DNA from: Anaerolineales bacterium
Lineage (GTDB): Bacteria; Chloroflexota; Anaerolineae; Anaerolineales; E44-bin32
Reading direction: 5' to 3'
Assembly: GCA_029210945.1 (NCBI GenBank)
Contig: JARGGH010000009.1
Coordinates: forward strand, 11,991 to 75,990
DNA: 64,000 bases
Positions 19,374 to 28,965 of this stretch are shown here, one piece after another (position 1 is the first letter of the stretch; every line of letters begins with the position of its first letter). Below the pieces are notes generated by a model, which saw only the letters and a program-made list of their open reading frames with translations, had not been told where the DNA came from and did not search any database. Both the position numbers and the translations under genes were made by a program.

Positions 19374-19404
19374 GGGTCCGCTGGCCTCTCGGGTTAGCGG
19401 ACCC
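19374..19404 (+). terminator. hairpin after copB followed by an A/T-rich stretch
   Basis: GGGTCCGCT (19374-19382), 13-nt loop, AGCGGACCC (19396-19404), then ATATTAATTTCAT. Confidence 0.55.
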
Positions 19405-19594
19405 ATATTAATTTCATCGCCGCGTCGCTGCACCCGCATCGAACGATGGAAAATCGATCAGCGCTGGAGCCCGAGGCTTCAAAGTATCCATTCCGATAGG
19501 GAAAATGCCTATTCTCGCCAGGCAAGATGGCGCTTTTCGCTGCCGGGAATTTCCCCAAAAATATAATTAGCACATCGAGTAGCAGGAGCGAACG

Positions 19595-20083
19595 ATGACT
19601 CAGCACAGACCCAAGAACAATCTCACAAGGCGAGGTTTCGTGACCGCTGTCGTCGGGTTCCTCGGCAGTGTCATCTCGGCCTTCATTACGCTTCCGGGCA
19701 TCAGCTACCTGATCTCACCTGGGTTGAAGAAAAGTGACACTGCCTTCTGGATGCCTCTCGGCCCGGTGGATGACCTCGTCGAAGGGATCCCAAAACTATA
19801 CACATTTACAAAGACGAAGCGCATCGGCTGGGAAGCTACCGGGATCAGCTACGGCGTTTATGTCATTCAGAAGCCCTCCGGTGAACTGGACGTCTTTTCG
19901 AACGTGTGCACCCATTTGAGCTGTAGGTACACTTTCCGCGAGGACCTCGATCACTTCTTTTGCGCATGTCATGGTGGGCACTTCGCCAAGGATGGCGCGG
20001 TGCTCGCCGGACCACCCCCGCGCCCGCTCGACCGTTACGAGCACAAGGTTGAGGACGGAATCATATCGGTGCATATCGTGTGA
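19595..20083 (+). CDS. Rieske [2Fe-2S] protein with Tat-type signal anchor (R1)
   Basis: LTRRGFVTAVVGFLG, CTHLSC and CACHGGHF boxes, GPPPRPLD. Confidence 0.9.
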   Translation: MTQHRPKNNLTRRGFVTAVVGFLGSVISAFITLPGISYLISPGLKKSDTAFWMPLGPVDDLVEGIPKLYTFTKTKRIGWEATGISYGVYVIQKPSGELDVFSNVCTHLSCRYTFREDLDHFFCACHGGHFAKDGAVLAGPPPRPLDRYEHKVEDGIISVHIV

Positions 20084-20112
20084 CCCGATCTCTGCAGAAC
20101 CTCCACGGGCGA

Positions 20113-20136
20113 GGCAGGGCATCAAGCTGCCCTGCC
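20113..20136 (+). terminator. hairpin after Rieske R1 (no U tract)
   Basis: GGCAGGGCA (20113-20121), 6-nt loop, TGCCCTGCC (20128-20136). Confidence 0.4.
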
Positions 20137-20330
20137 AACGTGCGGGCAAAGATCCGTGATGGCTGACAAACGCAAGCCTCCAGGATGCTTTTTGTCGGGG
20201 AATACGCCAATATGCTGTCATCAGGTCGGGCGAAGGTGCGCTTCCATCCCCGGGGTGGCGCATGAGAGAATTGAATCAACATTAATGAGTGCAAAGCTCA
20301 ACCGGTAAGTCCAATAGCAAGGGAATAACA

Positions 20331-21719
20331 ATGTCGACATGGCTCTCTTTCCTCGGTGCAGCTAGAACAGTCACAGGATCCCGATTCCTGCTCCAGAATG
20401 ATACGGAACGGGTCTTGGTCGATTGTGGACTCTTCCAAGGCGGTAGGAAAATGAAAGCCTTGAATTGGGAGCCGTTCCCAGCAGAGCCCGCCTCACTTGA
20501 TGCGATCCTCCTTACGCATGCCCATATCGATCACACGGGCTACCTTCCGCGACTGGTATCAGAGGGTTTCGACGGGCCCATATACGCCACTCAGGCAACT
20601 TGTGCTCTGCTGGAGTTGCTGTTACCGGACGCCGCGTACCTGCAGGAGCAGGACGCTGCCTACGCCAACAAAACCGGATACAGCCGGCACAAACCTGCGT
20701 TGCCCCTTTTCACGTCGATCGACGCCAGGGACACCTTGGAACTGCTCCATCCAGTGGACGATGACGAATCTATAAACATAGGAACTTTAAGCGCGTCCTG
20801 GATGCGATCCGGCCATATCCTCGGCGCAGGAATTTTGCAACTCGATGTCAATGGCCAAAGCGAGAGTCGGCGGATCGTATTCTCTGGAGATCTGGGGCGC
20901 TACGACAGCGAAATCATGAAGCCACCCGAGCAGGTCGGTAGGGCAGACATCCTGCTCGTTGAATCAACCTATGGCGGTCGACTTCATACTGACGATTCGA
21001 TACGCTCGGTGCTTATCGATTTTCTCAACGACGTCGCTGATGAGAAGAGTGTATTGCTTATCCCTGCTTTCGCGATCGGGAGGACTCAGCAGATTCTCTT
21101 CTGGATCCGCAAGTTGCAGGATGAAGGATCGGTTCCAGACCTTCCGGTCTTCATCGACAGCCCGATGGCCGTCGAGGCAAGCCACATCTACTGCCAGTTT
21201 GGAGATGACCATAATCTGGACGTTAATTTGCTGATGGATGAGCGCCAGTGCCCGCTACGTTGTAAAGAAACCCACTTCATCAAAGAAGTCGAGGAATCCA
21301 AAGAGTTGAACACGCGCCCGGGGCCGGCAATCATCATTTCCGCCAGCGGGATGTGCACGGGCGGACGCATATTACACCACCTGAAATGGCGCCTACCAGA
21401 CCGCAGGAACCGTGTGCTCTTCATCGGCTACCAGGCCGAGGGGACACGCGGCCGTCATCTGCTGAATGGTAAAAGGTCGATCCGGATTCACGGAAAAAGT
21501 GTGCCCGTTCATGCTGGGATCGCCCAGCTAGACGCACTTTCTGCCCATGCCGACATGAACGAGCTCATCACGTGGATTACTGGATTCCAGCACCAGCCTT
21601 CTGACATATTCATTGTCCATGGTGAACTCGAGTCCAGCCGGGCGCTACAGGAAGAATTGGGTAGACGTCTTGGCTGGGGGGCGAAGCTGCCGAATCAATT
21701 TGAGACCATCCAGCTCTAG
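20331..21719 (+). CDS. MBL-fold beta-CASP family hydrolase (RNA-specificity-domain type)
   Basis: LLTHAHIDHTGYLPRL (HxHxDH), VESTYG, LSAHAD, and C-terminal IVHGE. Overall length and order resemble bacterial CPSF73/RNase J-like beta-CASP proteins. ATG at 20331. Confidence 0.85.
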   Translation: MSTWLSFLGAARTVTGSRFLLQNDTERVLVDCGLFQGGRKMKALNWEPFPAEPASLDAILLTHAHIDHTGYLPRLVSEGFDGPIYATQATCALLELLLPDAAYLQEQDAAYANKTGYSRHKPALPLFTSIDARDTLELLHPVDDDESINIGTLSASWMRSGHILGAGILQLDVNGQSESRRIVFSGDLGRYDSEIMKPPEQVGRADILLVESTYGGRLHTDDSIRSVLIDFLNDVADEKSVLLIPAFAIGRTQQILFWIRKLQDEGSVPDLPVFIDSPMAVEASHIYCQFGDDHNLDVNLLMDERQCPLRCKETHFIKEVEESKELNTRPGPAIIISASGMCTGGRILHHLKWRLPDRRNRVLFIGYQAEGTRGRHLLNGKRSIRIHGKSVPVHAGIAQLDALSAHADMNELITWITGFQHQPSDIFIVHGELESSRALQEELGRRLGWGAKLPNQFETIQL

Positions 21720-21745
21720 ATGTCCATTGGGGCATTAAAAGACAG

Positions 21746-22825
21746 GTGTCACTGATGAATGACCAAAACAAGGAAGCTTTTTCTCTTGACGTCCAGAGGA
21801 ATCCGAGCGCACATGCAGATCTCGAGCGGCGTGGTTTAAAGGCATTTGCCGAGTCGCTCGCCAGAATCGACATCCCGTATCGCCGGTGTGTAGAGTATTG
21901 GGTCACGCTCAAATCGGTCCCAAAGATTCTCTTCTACGGTTCACCGCAGGAAAGCGGCACAGTACTGGCGACCAGGATCGCATCTGCTGTTGCCGGGTCT
22001 GACAATATTCAACATTTCCAGGGCCATCCATGGTGGGCTGTTCCAACGAGGAACGGGAGCACCCTTGCAATGGCGCAGCAGCGTCTAACAGCGCAGCGTC
22101 TCCGCTATTTCATGCATGACGCGGCATCCTCAGATGCGGGTGAAGCGCTGAGCTTCGCGGTTATTTCCAGGCTTAGTCGGGCTGAATTGGCCCATTTATT
22201 CTCCACATACATGCCCGGCATCGAAATACCTGACTTGCGCTTTCCATCTGGATTTGAGCCCGCCTCCATCCCATTCCCATCAAACGTATACCTGCTTGGA
22301 ACCACGGATTTGGAATACCCATTCAACGACATTTCGCTAGACGAACATTCTTGCTTGATGGAGATAGACCAAAGACTCACCACCGAGAAATCTCTTGAGG
22401 GTGCTCATACAATCGATCAGAAACTTATCCAAGCTGCGCTGAGGCATACACGGTGTTTTGACCCCATGGGTGCCCTGTCCAAAATACCACCCTCTGAAAA
22501 CCCTTTCGGACCTCTTCAGTTTTTTTGGGAGCTCAACAATCTGCTTGCCGACGAGGTTAATCCAAGCCTTGTCAGGGGCGCTTACATTATCAACGGCAAT
22601 GCATGGGATGGATCAGGGAAGGGGTTATGGAGTGCAGACCAGGACGAAAACACGAGGGCGGCTTTTGACTTCTGGCTTTCACACTTTGCTGTCCCATACA
22701 TTGCTCAAGAAGTTCAGGAGGGTGTTATTAAGCAGCCAGATGCATTAAAGCTGTTGGAAAGGCATTCGCAACATGCGGCGTCCAAGATGGCGTATATCCT
22801 GGAGTACTCTGCCCGAGCCGCTTGA
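21746..22825 (+). CDS. hypothetical protein with a degenerate McrB/AAA_5-like core
   Basis: ILFYGSPQESGTVLATRIASAVAG sits where GPPGTGKT would be (Lys lost). FAVISRLSRAELAHLF sits where the IDEINR Walker B block would be. PFPSNVYLLGTTDLEYPFNDISLDEHSCLMEI resembles the lP-N-iiGTMN-aD...RRF-fiei block. This is a by-eye analogy only. The start could be the ATG at 21755. Confidence 0.55.
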   Translation: MSLMNDQNKEAFSLDVQRNPSAHADLERRGLKAFAESLARIDIPYRRCVEYWVTLKSVPKILFYGSPQESGTVLATRIASAVAGSDNIQHFQGHPWWAVPTRNGSTLAMAQQRLTAQRLRYFMHDAASSDAGEALSFAVISRLSRAELAHLFSTYMPGIEIPDLRFPSGFEPASIPFPSNVYLLGTTDLEYPFNDISLDEHSCLMEIDQRLTTEKSLEGAHTIDQKLIQAALRHTRCFDPMGALSKIPPSENPFGPLQFFWELNNLLADEVNPSLVRGAYIINGNAWDGSGKGLWSADQDENTRAAFDFWLSHFAVPYIAQEVQEGVIKQPDALKLLERHSQHAASKMAYILEYSARAA

Positions 22826-23084
22826 CCTGCATATACCTATCTCGCTGAGGCTTGGAGACACATTTCTTAATTTCGAGGAACCGAATGCGGAATGGAGGGC
22901 GGATCGATATTGTGAGACAACCTTCGCTCAGCCATAATGCAACACCGGACCGCATCAAGAAATAAAGGTCTGTTTACTGCCGGAGGCTCAGAAGCCTACT
23001 CCGACCCATCCTATTGATCTGGGTGCCTGCAACTTCGCTACGTTCGAAGGGGCAACATCATATCGTCGCGATCTCAGGTCATGG

Positions 23085-23765
23085 GTGAAAAGCGCTGGTA
23101 GTTATGCACCAATCGAAGGGCAGTATACCGTGAGTCCCAACCGCGAGGGCCTTCAGGATAAACCATACGTTCCCCTCAGCCGCAGGGAATTCCTCTACTA
23201 TACCTGGGGATTCTCGATCGCTGTATTCATGGCTGGAACTGGAGGAGCTCTCATCTGGTTTGCATTGCCCCGTTTCCGAGAAGGCGAATTCGGCGGGGTT
23301 TTCGCCATTCCAGTTGATGAGGTTCCTGGGCCAGATGCAATACCTAAGGAATATCCTGAAGGTCGCTATTGGCTCGTGAATATCGGCCCTGGGATCATCG
23401 CAGATCCCCGGCAGCCGGATGACTATCGCGTCCAACCCGGTATCCGAGCGCTCTATAAGGTGTGTACGCATTTAGGCTGCCTGTACAAATGGGCGCCGAC
23501 GAATGACCGCTTCGAATGCCCCTGTCACGGTTCCAAATTCCTGAAAACGGGTGCGAGGATCGACGGCCCAGCCCGGCGAAATCTGGATGTGTTTATGGTT
23601 GAAGCCCTGAACGAGGCCGACGAAGTCCTGGCTCGCACCGAACCTTCGCTGAACAGCAGGGAAGGTGCCCCGATTAACCTTCCGGAAGGAACTGTACGGC
23701 TCCGAATCGATACGGGCCGCCGAATCCTTGGTGGCCAGAATACAAAGCCCGGGGGAGGGCTTTAA
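23085..23765 (+). CDS. Rieske [2Fe-2S] protein, PetC/QcrA-like (R2)
   Basis: SRREFLYYTWGFSIAVFMAG anchor. CTHLGCLYKW and CPCHGSKF boxes. GPARRNLD. Confidence 0.85.
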   Translation: MKSAGSYAPIEGQYTVSPNREGLQDKPYVPLSRREFLYYTWGFSIAVFMAGTGGALIWFALPRFREGEFGGVFAIPVDEVPGPDAIPKEYPEGRYWLVNIGPGIIADPRQPDDYRVQPGIRALYKVCTHLGCLYKWAPTNDRFECPCHGSKFLKTGARIDGPARRNLDVFMVEALNEADEVLARTEPSLNSREGAPINLPEGTVRLRIDTGRRILGGQNTKPGGGL

Positions 23766-24072
23766 ATAGCAGGTAATTCAGAGCACTACGTCACGTCTCG
23801 TCATCAGCTGCTAGAACACGAGAACGATGATCTGTACGGTGGGTGAAATCAGGACGGTTCAGGCAGAGAAGTGGTGATTGGCCTAATGACAAAGGACCAG
23901 GAAGGACGTTCATCCCATGCGCCGTTTGGCCTATCCTGCGGTCCGCGAGTCGGCTCTTGGAGAGCGCGCGGCCGGCAGGTAGGATGGGATTAGTGACAGG
24001 GAAACTTCGACTCCAAAGCTGAAAACATGATCGTGCTTACCTGTCAGTCGAGTAAAGGAAAGTTGGTTTCTA

Positions 24073-24276
24073 ATGGACGGAGGGACGATTTTACTGATCA
24101 TCGTTGGGGTCGTACTGCTCTGGCTGCTCGTTGATTTGCTTTTTGCCGGCGGTGCGATGACCGGCGGCATGATGGCCGGGATGATGATGGCCGCGGGCAA
24201 CCCCATTGGCGCTGCGATCTTGCTGGTACTGCTGGCTGTCATCGCATTCTTTGTCTATGTCGCAGTCTACGCCTGA
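24073..24276 (+). CDS. small two-helix membrane protein with a Met/Gly-rich loop
   Basis: ILLIIVGVVLLWLLVDLLF - GGAMTGGMMAGMMMAAGNP - IGAAILLVLLAVIAFFVYVAV. It lies 43 nt upstream of a YHS gene. Confidence 0.55.
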   Translation: MDGGTILLIIVGVVLLWLLVDLLFAGGAMTGGMMAGMMMAAGNPIGAAILLVLLAVIAFFVYVAVYA

Positions 24277-24319
24277 TTGAGCATCGAACATTAAGTCGGT
24301 GAAGTGAAAGGATAAGAAA

Positions 24320-24505
24320 ATGGCGATCGATCCCGTTTGCGGAATGGAAGTGGATGAGGCTACCGCCGAATGGAAGTCGGAGCATATGGGGAAGACGTTT
24401 TACTTCTGTGCTCCTGGCTGTAAGAAAACCTTCGATGAAAATCCGATGAAGTATATGGAGTCAGACTCCCACGGAGGGCATCAGGAAGAGCACCATCATC
24501 ACTAA
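24320..24505 (+). CDS. YHS/TRASH domain protein with a His-rich tail
   Basis: IDPVCGMEVDE...FYFCAPGCKKTFDENP, and the tail DSHGGHQEEHHHH. Confidence 0.85.
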   Translation: MAIDPVCGMEVDEATAEWKSEHMGKTFYFCAPGCKKTFDENPMKYMESDSHGGHQEEHHHH

Positions 24506-24585
24506 ATCCACATCAGTGTTGGCTTGAGACTGGCTCAGGCAAAGAGTGAGCCCTCCTTCCAACATCATAGCTGCTCCCCACTCCA

Positions 24586-24623
24586 AAGCGACCACTTGCG
24601 TGCTTTCCTGCAAGTGGTCGCTT
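24586..24623. terminator. bidirectional terminator-like hairpin between convergent genes
   Basis: Perfect 14-bp inverted repeat: AAGCGACCACTTGC (24586-24599), 10-nt loop, GCAAGTGGTCGCTT (24610-24623). Confidence 0.55.
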
Positions 24624-24705
24624 GCTTTAGCGATATCCATCCGAATGCTTTATTCTGTCGTCCGTAGTTCAACGGAGAAGGCAGATGCCTTTTGCCTAGA
24701 ACGTG

Positions 24706-25902
24706 TCATTCCAGCCAATCCGATTCGGGCGCAGTCTCATCGATCTCCTGATCTTCAGTTGGTCCTCCCCCGCTCTTCGTAAATATCCATATCCCTGTGC
24801 CAATCAGAGCCAACCCGAGTATGGAGGATCCAATCATGATGCCTGTTCCCGTGGATCGCGTCACTTCCGTTGACTGCGTGTTGTTCTCAATATCGTAGCC
24901 ATCCACCGGCGGTGAGCCCGTCACGGTGAACATGACTTGCCCCCCTCCCTCGATTGGACCGAGAGCATAGACCTCATACTCCTGGGAACTTTGACCGAAC
25001 TCTTCCACCCCAAGGTATTCCCCTCCCTGAACCTCAAATTCAAGGGTGCCCAGTTGATGCGGAAAGAGAATCCGAATCTCCTCCACATCGAGCGGGACGG
25101 GGCGGTCCAATTTCAGCGAGTCCTCGTATGGCAGGACGTAGCTGGCGATGACCTGCGCAGTCCCCTCCCCCGGGACGAGCGGCTGTGTATCAGCGTAGCC
25201 CCCGTGGATCTGGATAAAACGCTCCGGAGATGAGGATGGAAATGAGAGATTGGCCGCCGTCGCAGGTATCGAATATATCGCCGTCGCTTTGCGGCCATCG
25301 TCGAGGACAACCGCGTCGGTGATAGTGCGTTCTCCCATGTTAGATAGGCTGAAGATCTCCGCGACGGAAAGCCCGCCTTGCGCCCATCCAAACACAATGT
25401 GATATAGCCCAGCATACATCCCGCTGTCGTCAGGCGTCGATTCATAGATTTCCACCAAGAAATCTCTGAGCGAGCCGGATCCGTTGGCTTGGGTCGCTTC
25501 GGAATAATAGGCTGCCCCTTCATAGATGGCCATCACCGCATAGTAGAGTCCCGGTTGGATCTCCACCCCTTCCATCTCGAACCGACCATTGGGTTGTGAC
25601 GTCCCGTGAATCATGTCTGATGCCGCGCCGCTCGGATCCCAGGCATGCAGCATGATCTCAAGCCCTTCTGGTCCGTACTCGCCAGTAGTAGCATTCACGA
25701 TCTGTCCCTGGACGCTAGTGTCGCTTGTCGACGTCGGCGTGTCCTCCTGCGCGCTTGCTGTCGGTGGGTTCCGTAGAAACAAGATTACGCCAAACAAAGC
25801 GAGAATATTCCAAACAAATGATTTCACCTTGCGAATTCGGGTACGATTAAGTCTCCACACAAGCCTCGGTTTATCCATATTTTCTCTTATCATGCCTTTC
25901 AC
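24706..25902 (-). CDS. exported protein with a carboxypeptidase-regulatory-like domain and a C-terminal TM anchor
   Basis: Signal anchor, then VQGQIVNATTGEYGPEGLEIMLHAWD...GTSQPNGRFEMEGV (CarboxypepD_reg-like beta-sandwich shape). C-terminal IMIGSSILGLALIGTGIWIF. The GTG start overlaps the upstream TGA (GTGA). Confidence 0.6.
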   Translation of the reverse strand: MKGMIRENMDKPRLVWRLNRTRIRKVKSFVWNILALFGVILFLRNPPTASAQEDTPTSTSDTSVQGQIVNATTGEYGPEGLEIMLHAWDPSGAASDMIHGTSQPNGRFEMEGVEIQPGLYYAVMAIYEGAAYYSEATQANGSGSLRDFLVEIYESTPDDSGMYAGLYHIVFGWAQGGLSVAEIFSLSNMGERTITDAVVLDDGRKATAIYSIPATAANLSFPSSSPERFIQIHGGYADTQPLVPGEGTAQVIASYVLPYEDSLKLDRPVPLDVEEIRILFPHQLGTLEFEVQGGEYLGVEEFGQSSQEYEVYALGPIEGGGQVMFTVTGSPPVDGYDIENNTQSTEVTRSTGTGIMIGSSILGLALIGTGIWIFTKSGGGPTEDQEIDETAPESDWLE

Positions 25903-26342
25903 TCTGAGAGCGTCTCTGCCATCTTGAACTCAACTCCACAGGCGGTGCAGAAGCGATCATCTTGTTCACGGGCTTGTCCACATTGATGGCAATAACGACC
26001 ACTTTCTCTTGCCGTCCTGCGCAGATTACGAACTTCTTCCTCAATGTTGGCCTCCACGGCGGCCTCGTCCTTCTCGATCTCTTCAAGCGCTGCTGCGGTT
26101 TCCTGTAGGATTTGAGCTCTTGTGACCTTATAATCTTGTTCGGAAACCTTCCCAAGCTCGTGGTCAAAATCCAGATCACGAAGAGCCCATAGGCCCGTTC
26201 GCTTCTTCATCCTGGCTGATAACCCTCTCTTACTTTGGTACGCACGTTGCCCGCCATCGCTCGATTTCACGAAAGGATCGGCAAGCACCACGACCGTAAC
26301 CACCAGCATGGCGAGTCCTACAAGCACAGCGCCGAGATCCAT
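25899..26342 (-). CDS. membrane-anchored coiled-coil protein with a C-terminal zinc ribbon
   Basis: N-terminal TM (AVLVGLAMLVVTVVVL), a charged helical middle, then CHQCGQ...FCTACG (CxxC-x13-CxxC). Confidence 0.6.
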   Translation of the reverse strand: MDLGAVLVGLAMLVVTVVVLADPFVKSSDGGQRAYQSKRGLSARMKKRTGLWALRDLDFDHELGKVSEQDYKVTRAQILQETAAALEEIEKDEAAVEANIEEEVRNLRRTARESGRYCHQCGQAREQDDRFCTACGVEFKMAETLSE

Positions 26343-26391
26343 AGCGATCCTTCTCCTTGTCTAAACAACAATATCGGGCCAGGATCAACCC

Positions 26392-26883
26392 TCATCTAAT
26401 TTCGTCCAGTTCCCGTTCGATGCGTTCAAGCGCTTTTGCATCGACCGGTATTTGATCGGGGGGAGACGCTCCTTCCCGATCATTTCTTCTCCGCCACAAT
26501 CGGAGGACCTGCCACGCTGCCCCTGCTCCAACAGCTGCGGCGATCAAGGGTAAAATCCAAACCAGGGATGTGAACCCTGCTCGTCTTGGTTCGGCAAGGA
26601 CCCGTTCTCCGTATTCGACTACAAAGTAATCGATAATTTCGTCTTCGGTCCAGCCTTCTTCCAGTTGATCTCGTATTTGGGCGCGCCAATCCTGGCAAGC
26701 TTTGGTCTCACAAACATCAAGCGGCGTGTTGGGGCAGACAGGACAGTAAAGCTGCTTGGCGATTGCGTTTACATCATTGTCTGTGGGAAAGCCTTCTCCG
26801 CCCTCCTGGGCAATCGCGCTCGAGTATGTGGAAAGCACAAGCATGAGTAAAAGCGAAAGGCTCCCCAGCAATATACGTCTCAT
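26392..26883 (-). CDS. ccmH: cytochrome c-type biogenesis protein CcmH/NrfF family
   Basis: Signal peptide, LYCPVCPNTPLDVCETKACQDWRAQIRDQLEEGWTEDEIIDYFVVEYGERVL, and a C-terminal TM. Confidence 0.85.
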   Translation of the reverse strand: MRRILLGSLSLLLMLVLSTYSSAIAQEGGEGFPTDNDVNAIAKQLYCPVCPNTPLDVCETKACQDWRAQIRDQLEEGWTEDEIIDYFVVEYGERVLAEPRRAGFTSLVWILPLIAAAVGAGAAWQVLRLWRRRNDREGASPPDQIPVDAKALERIERELDEIR

Positions 26884-26886
26884 GGA

Positions 26887-28965
26887 TCAATCCCCCGCAG
26901 CCGCTCTAGATTCGACCGATCGAGGTCTAATGGCGTAGCTTCTTTGCAGCGCAATACATCCGCCAGGCCAGGCCGCGATGATCGCACCCACCGCCAGGAG
27001 CAGACCGCCAATCCAGGTCCAGTTGATGAGCGGGTTGATATAGACTTTGAAGGTGGACGAGTCCATGCCGATCTCTTCCCAACCGACGAGCAGGACGTAC
27101 ACATCCTCTTTGAAGGAACTATAAACTCCAGGAATCGTGACCGGTTGACGTTGGACGACAAAGTAATCCCGTCGTGGGGAAAGCACTTTGACAAACTCAT
27201 CCCCGTTGAAGAGTGAAACCGAGGCTTCCAGAACTTCACGGCCGTCCTCTCCCATGTATTGAGAAAGTCCATCGTAGCGCAGCTTATAACCCTCAATTTG
27301 GATCTGCTCACCAACACTCACAGTCCCCTGTGTTTCAACCTTGAAGAAGGCATCCCCGATAAAGCCCATGCCAATCATGATGACCGCGAGATGGATTAAA
27401 TAGCCTCCGTAGCGACGTCGATCACGGCCGACCAGCCGGCCGATCGCTGTAAAGACACCCTCCCCCCGGGACTTTACACGCGCCCGGACACCCCGCCCGA
27501 TCTCGTAGAGGATTGAAACGACGACGAATGATACGACCCAGAGAGCGAAGAATGAATCCGGATGTTGTCGGTGAGATATCCACCAGGCGCTTGCCACAGT
27601 GATCGAGCCGAGCGCCGGGAAAAGCAACTTGGAATCCAGGGCCCGGAGGGGCTGTTTCCGCCAGGCGATGAAAGGGGCTATCGCCATGAGAATGACCAGG
27701 GCTGCAAAGAGAGGGCCGGTCACGCGTGTATAGAACGGTGGCCCGACGGTTATTCTCGTCCCTGTTATCAATTCCGAGATCATCGGGAACACCGTGCCCC
27801 AGAATACTGCAAAGGTGATCGAAAGGAAGAGAACATTTTGTAGCAGGAAGATGGATTCCCTCGAAAGCAAGCTTTCTACCTCGTGCTCTGCCCTGAGAGT
27901 CCCCATCCGCCGGAACAGCAGAGACAGTGACCAGATGAAAGTCAGGCCGATAAAGGCAAAGAAGACTGGGCCCAGCGCAGACTTCGCGAAGGAATGTACC
28001 GAGCTGATCACCCCTGTTCGAGTGATGAACGTGCCGAAAAGTATCAAGGCATAGGTGAGGATGATCAGGATCATATTCCAGATTTTCAACATCCCCCGCT
28101 TCTCCTGGATCATCACAGAGTGCAGGAAAGCCGTGCCGGTTAGCCACGGCATGAGCATCGCATTCTCTACCGGATCCCATCCCCAGAAACCACCCCACCC
28201 CAGCACATCGTACGCCCAGCGCCCGCCCAGAACGAGCCCAATGCTGAGAAACGACCATGCCACGATCGTCCAGCGGCGCGTGGCGCGAATCCAGGCATCT
28301 TCATTGGATTTCCCGGTGATCAGCGCGGCCATAGCGAAGGCATAGGGGATCACAAAACCCGTGAACCCGATATAGGTTGTGGGAGGGTGACCAATCATGC
28401 CGAAATGACGGAGCAGCGGGTTAAGCCCCTGACCATCCTTCGGAATGTAGGGCATCGCCCCGGTGGATCTGAAGAAAGCACGTGTCAGTTCTTCAGCGCC
28501 GGGAACGTGCCAGAGCCGATCGAAGGGGTTTGAAATGAAGAGTGAAAGACCAATAAAAAACACAGTCGTGCCCAATGCAACCGCCAGCACATAGGGCATC
28601 AATTCCCGGTTTTGTTCCCATTTACGGATCACCAGTGCAGCAACGAAGCCAGACATCAACCAGCCCCAGAAGAGGATCGACCCGGCCTGACCGCCCCAGA
28701 GAGCCGTCAGTCTAAGGAAAGGGGACATCGATCGGCTCGTGACATCGGCGACATAGGCCAATGAAAAATCCATCTTCACTAAGCTGTAGGTCAGAGTGAG
28801 CACGGAGACCGTGAGCAGGGCGAATGTGAGCAGTGCTCCATTTCTGCCGCTCACGACAAGCTGGTGTCGACCCTCGTCACCGCCGCGGAAGGCAGCGATC
28901 GTCGAATAGGCTGACACGATGAAGGCAAGCACTAACGCGATCCAGCCAATTTCTGCCAGCATCAA
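26887..28965 (-). CDS. ccmF: cytochrome c-type biogenesis heme lyase CcmF/NrfE family
   Basis: 692-aa polytopic protein with the Trp-rich motif WGGFWGWDPVENAMLMPWL and the C-terminal periplasmic region typical of CcmF. Confidence 0.92.
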   Translation of the reverse strand: MMLAEIGWIALVLAFIVSAYSTIAAFRGGDEGRHQLVVSGRNGALLTFALLTVSVLTLTYSLVKMDFSLAYVADVTSRSMSPFLRLTALWGGQAGSILFWGWLMSGFVAALVIRKWEQNRELMPYVLAVALGTTVFFIGLSLFISNPFDRLWHVPGAEELTRAFFRSTGAMPYIPKDGQGLNPLLRHFGMIGHPPTTYIGFTGFVIPYAFAMAALITGKSNEDAWIRATRRWTIVAWSFLSIGLVLGGRWAYDVLGWGGFWGWDPVENAMLMPWLTGTAFLHSVMIQEKRGMLKIWNMILIILTYALILFGTFITRTGVISSVHSFAKSALGPVFFAFIGLTFIWSLSLLFRRMGTLRAEHEVESLLSRESIFLLQNVLFLSITFAVFWGTVFPMISELITGTRITVGPPFYTRVTGPLFAALVILMAIAPFIAWRKQPLRALDSKLLFPALGSITVASAWWISHRQHPDSFFALWVVSFVVVSILYEIGRGVRARVKSRGEGVFTAIGRLVGRDRRRYGGYLIHLAVIMIGMGFIGDAFFKVETQGTVSVGEQIQIEGYKLRYDGLSQYMGEDGREVLEASVSLFNGDEFVKVLSPRRDYFVVQRQPVTIPGVYSSFKEDVYVLLVGWEEIGMDSSTFKVYINPLINWTWIGGLLLAVGAIIAAWPGGCIALQRSYAIRPRSVESRAAAGD

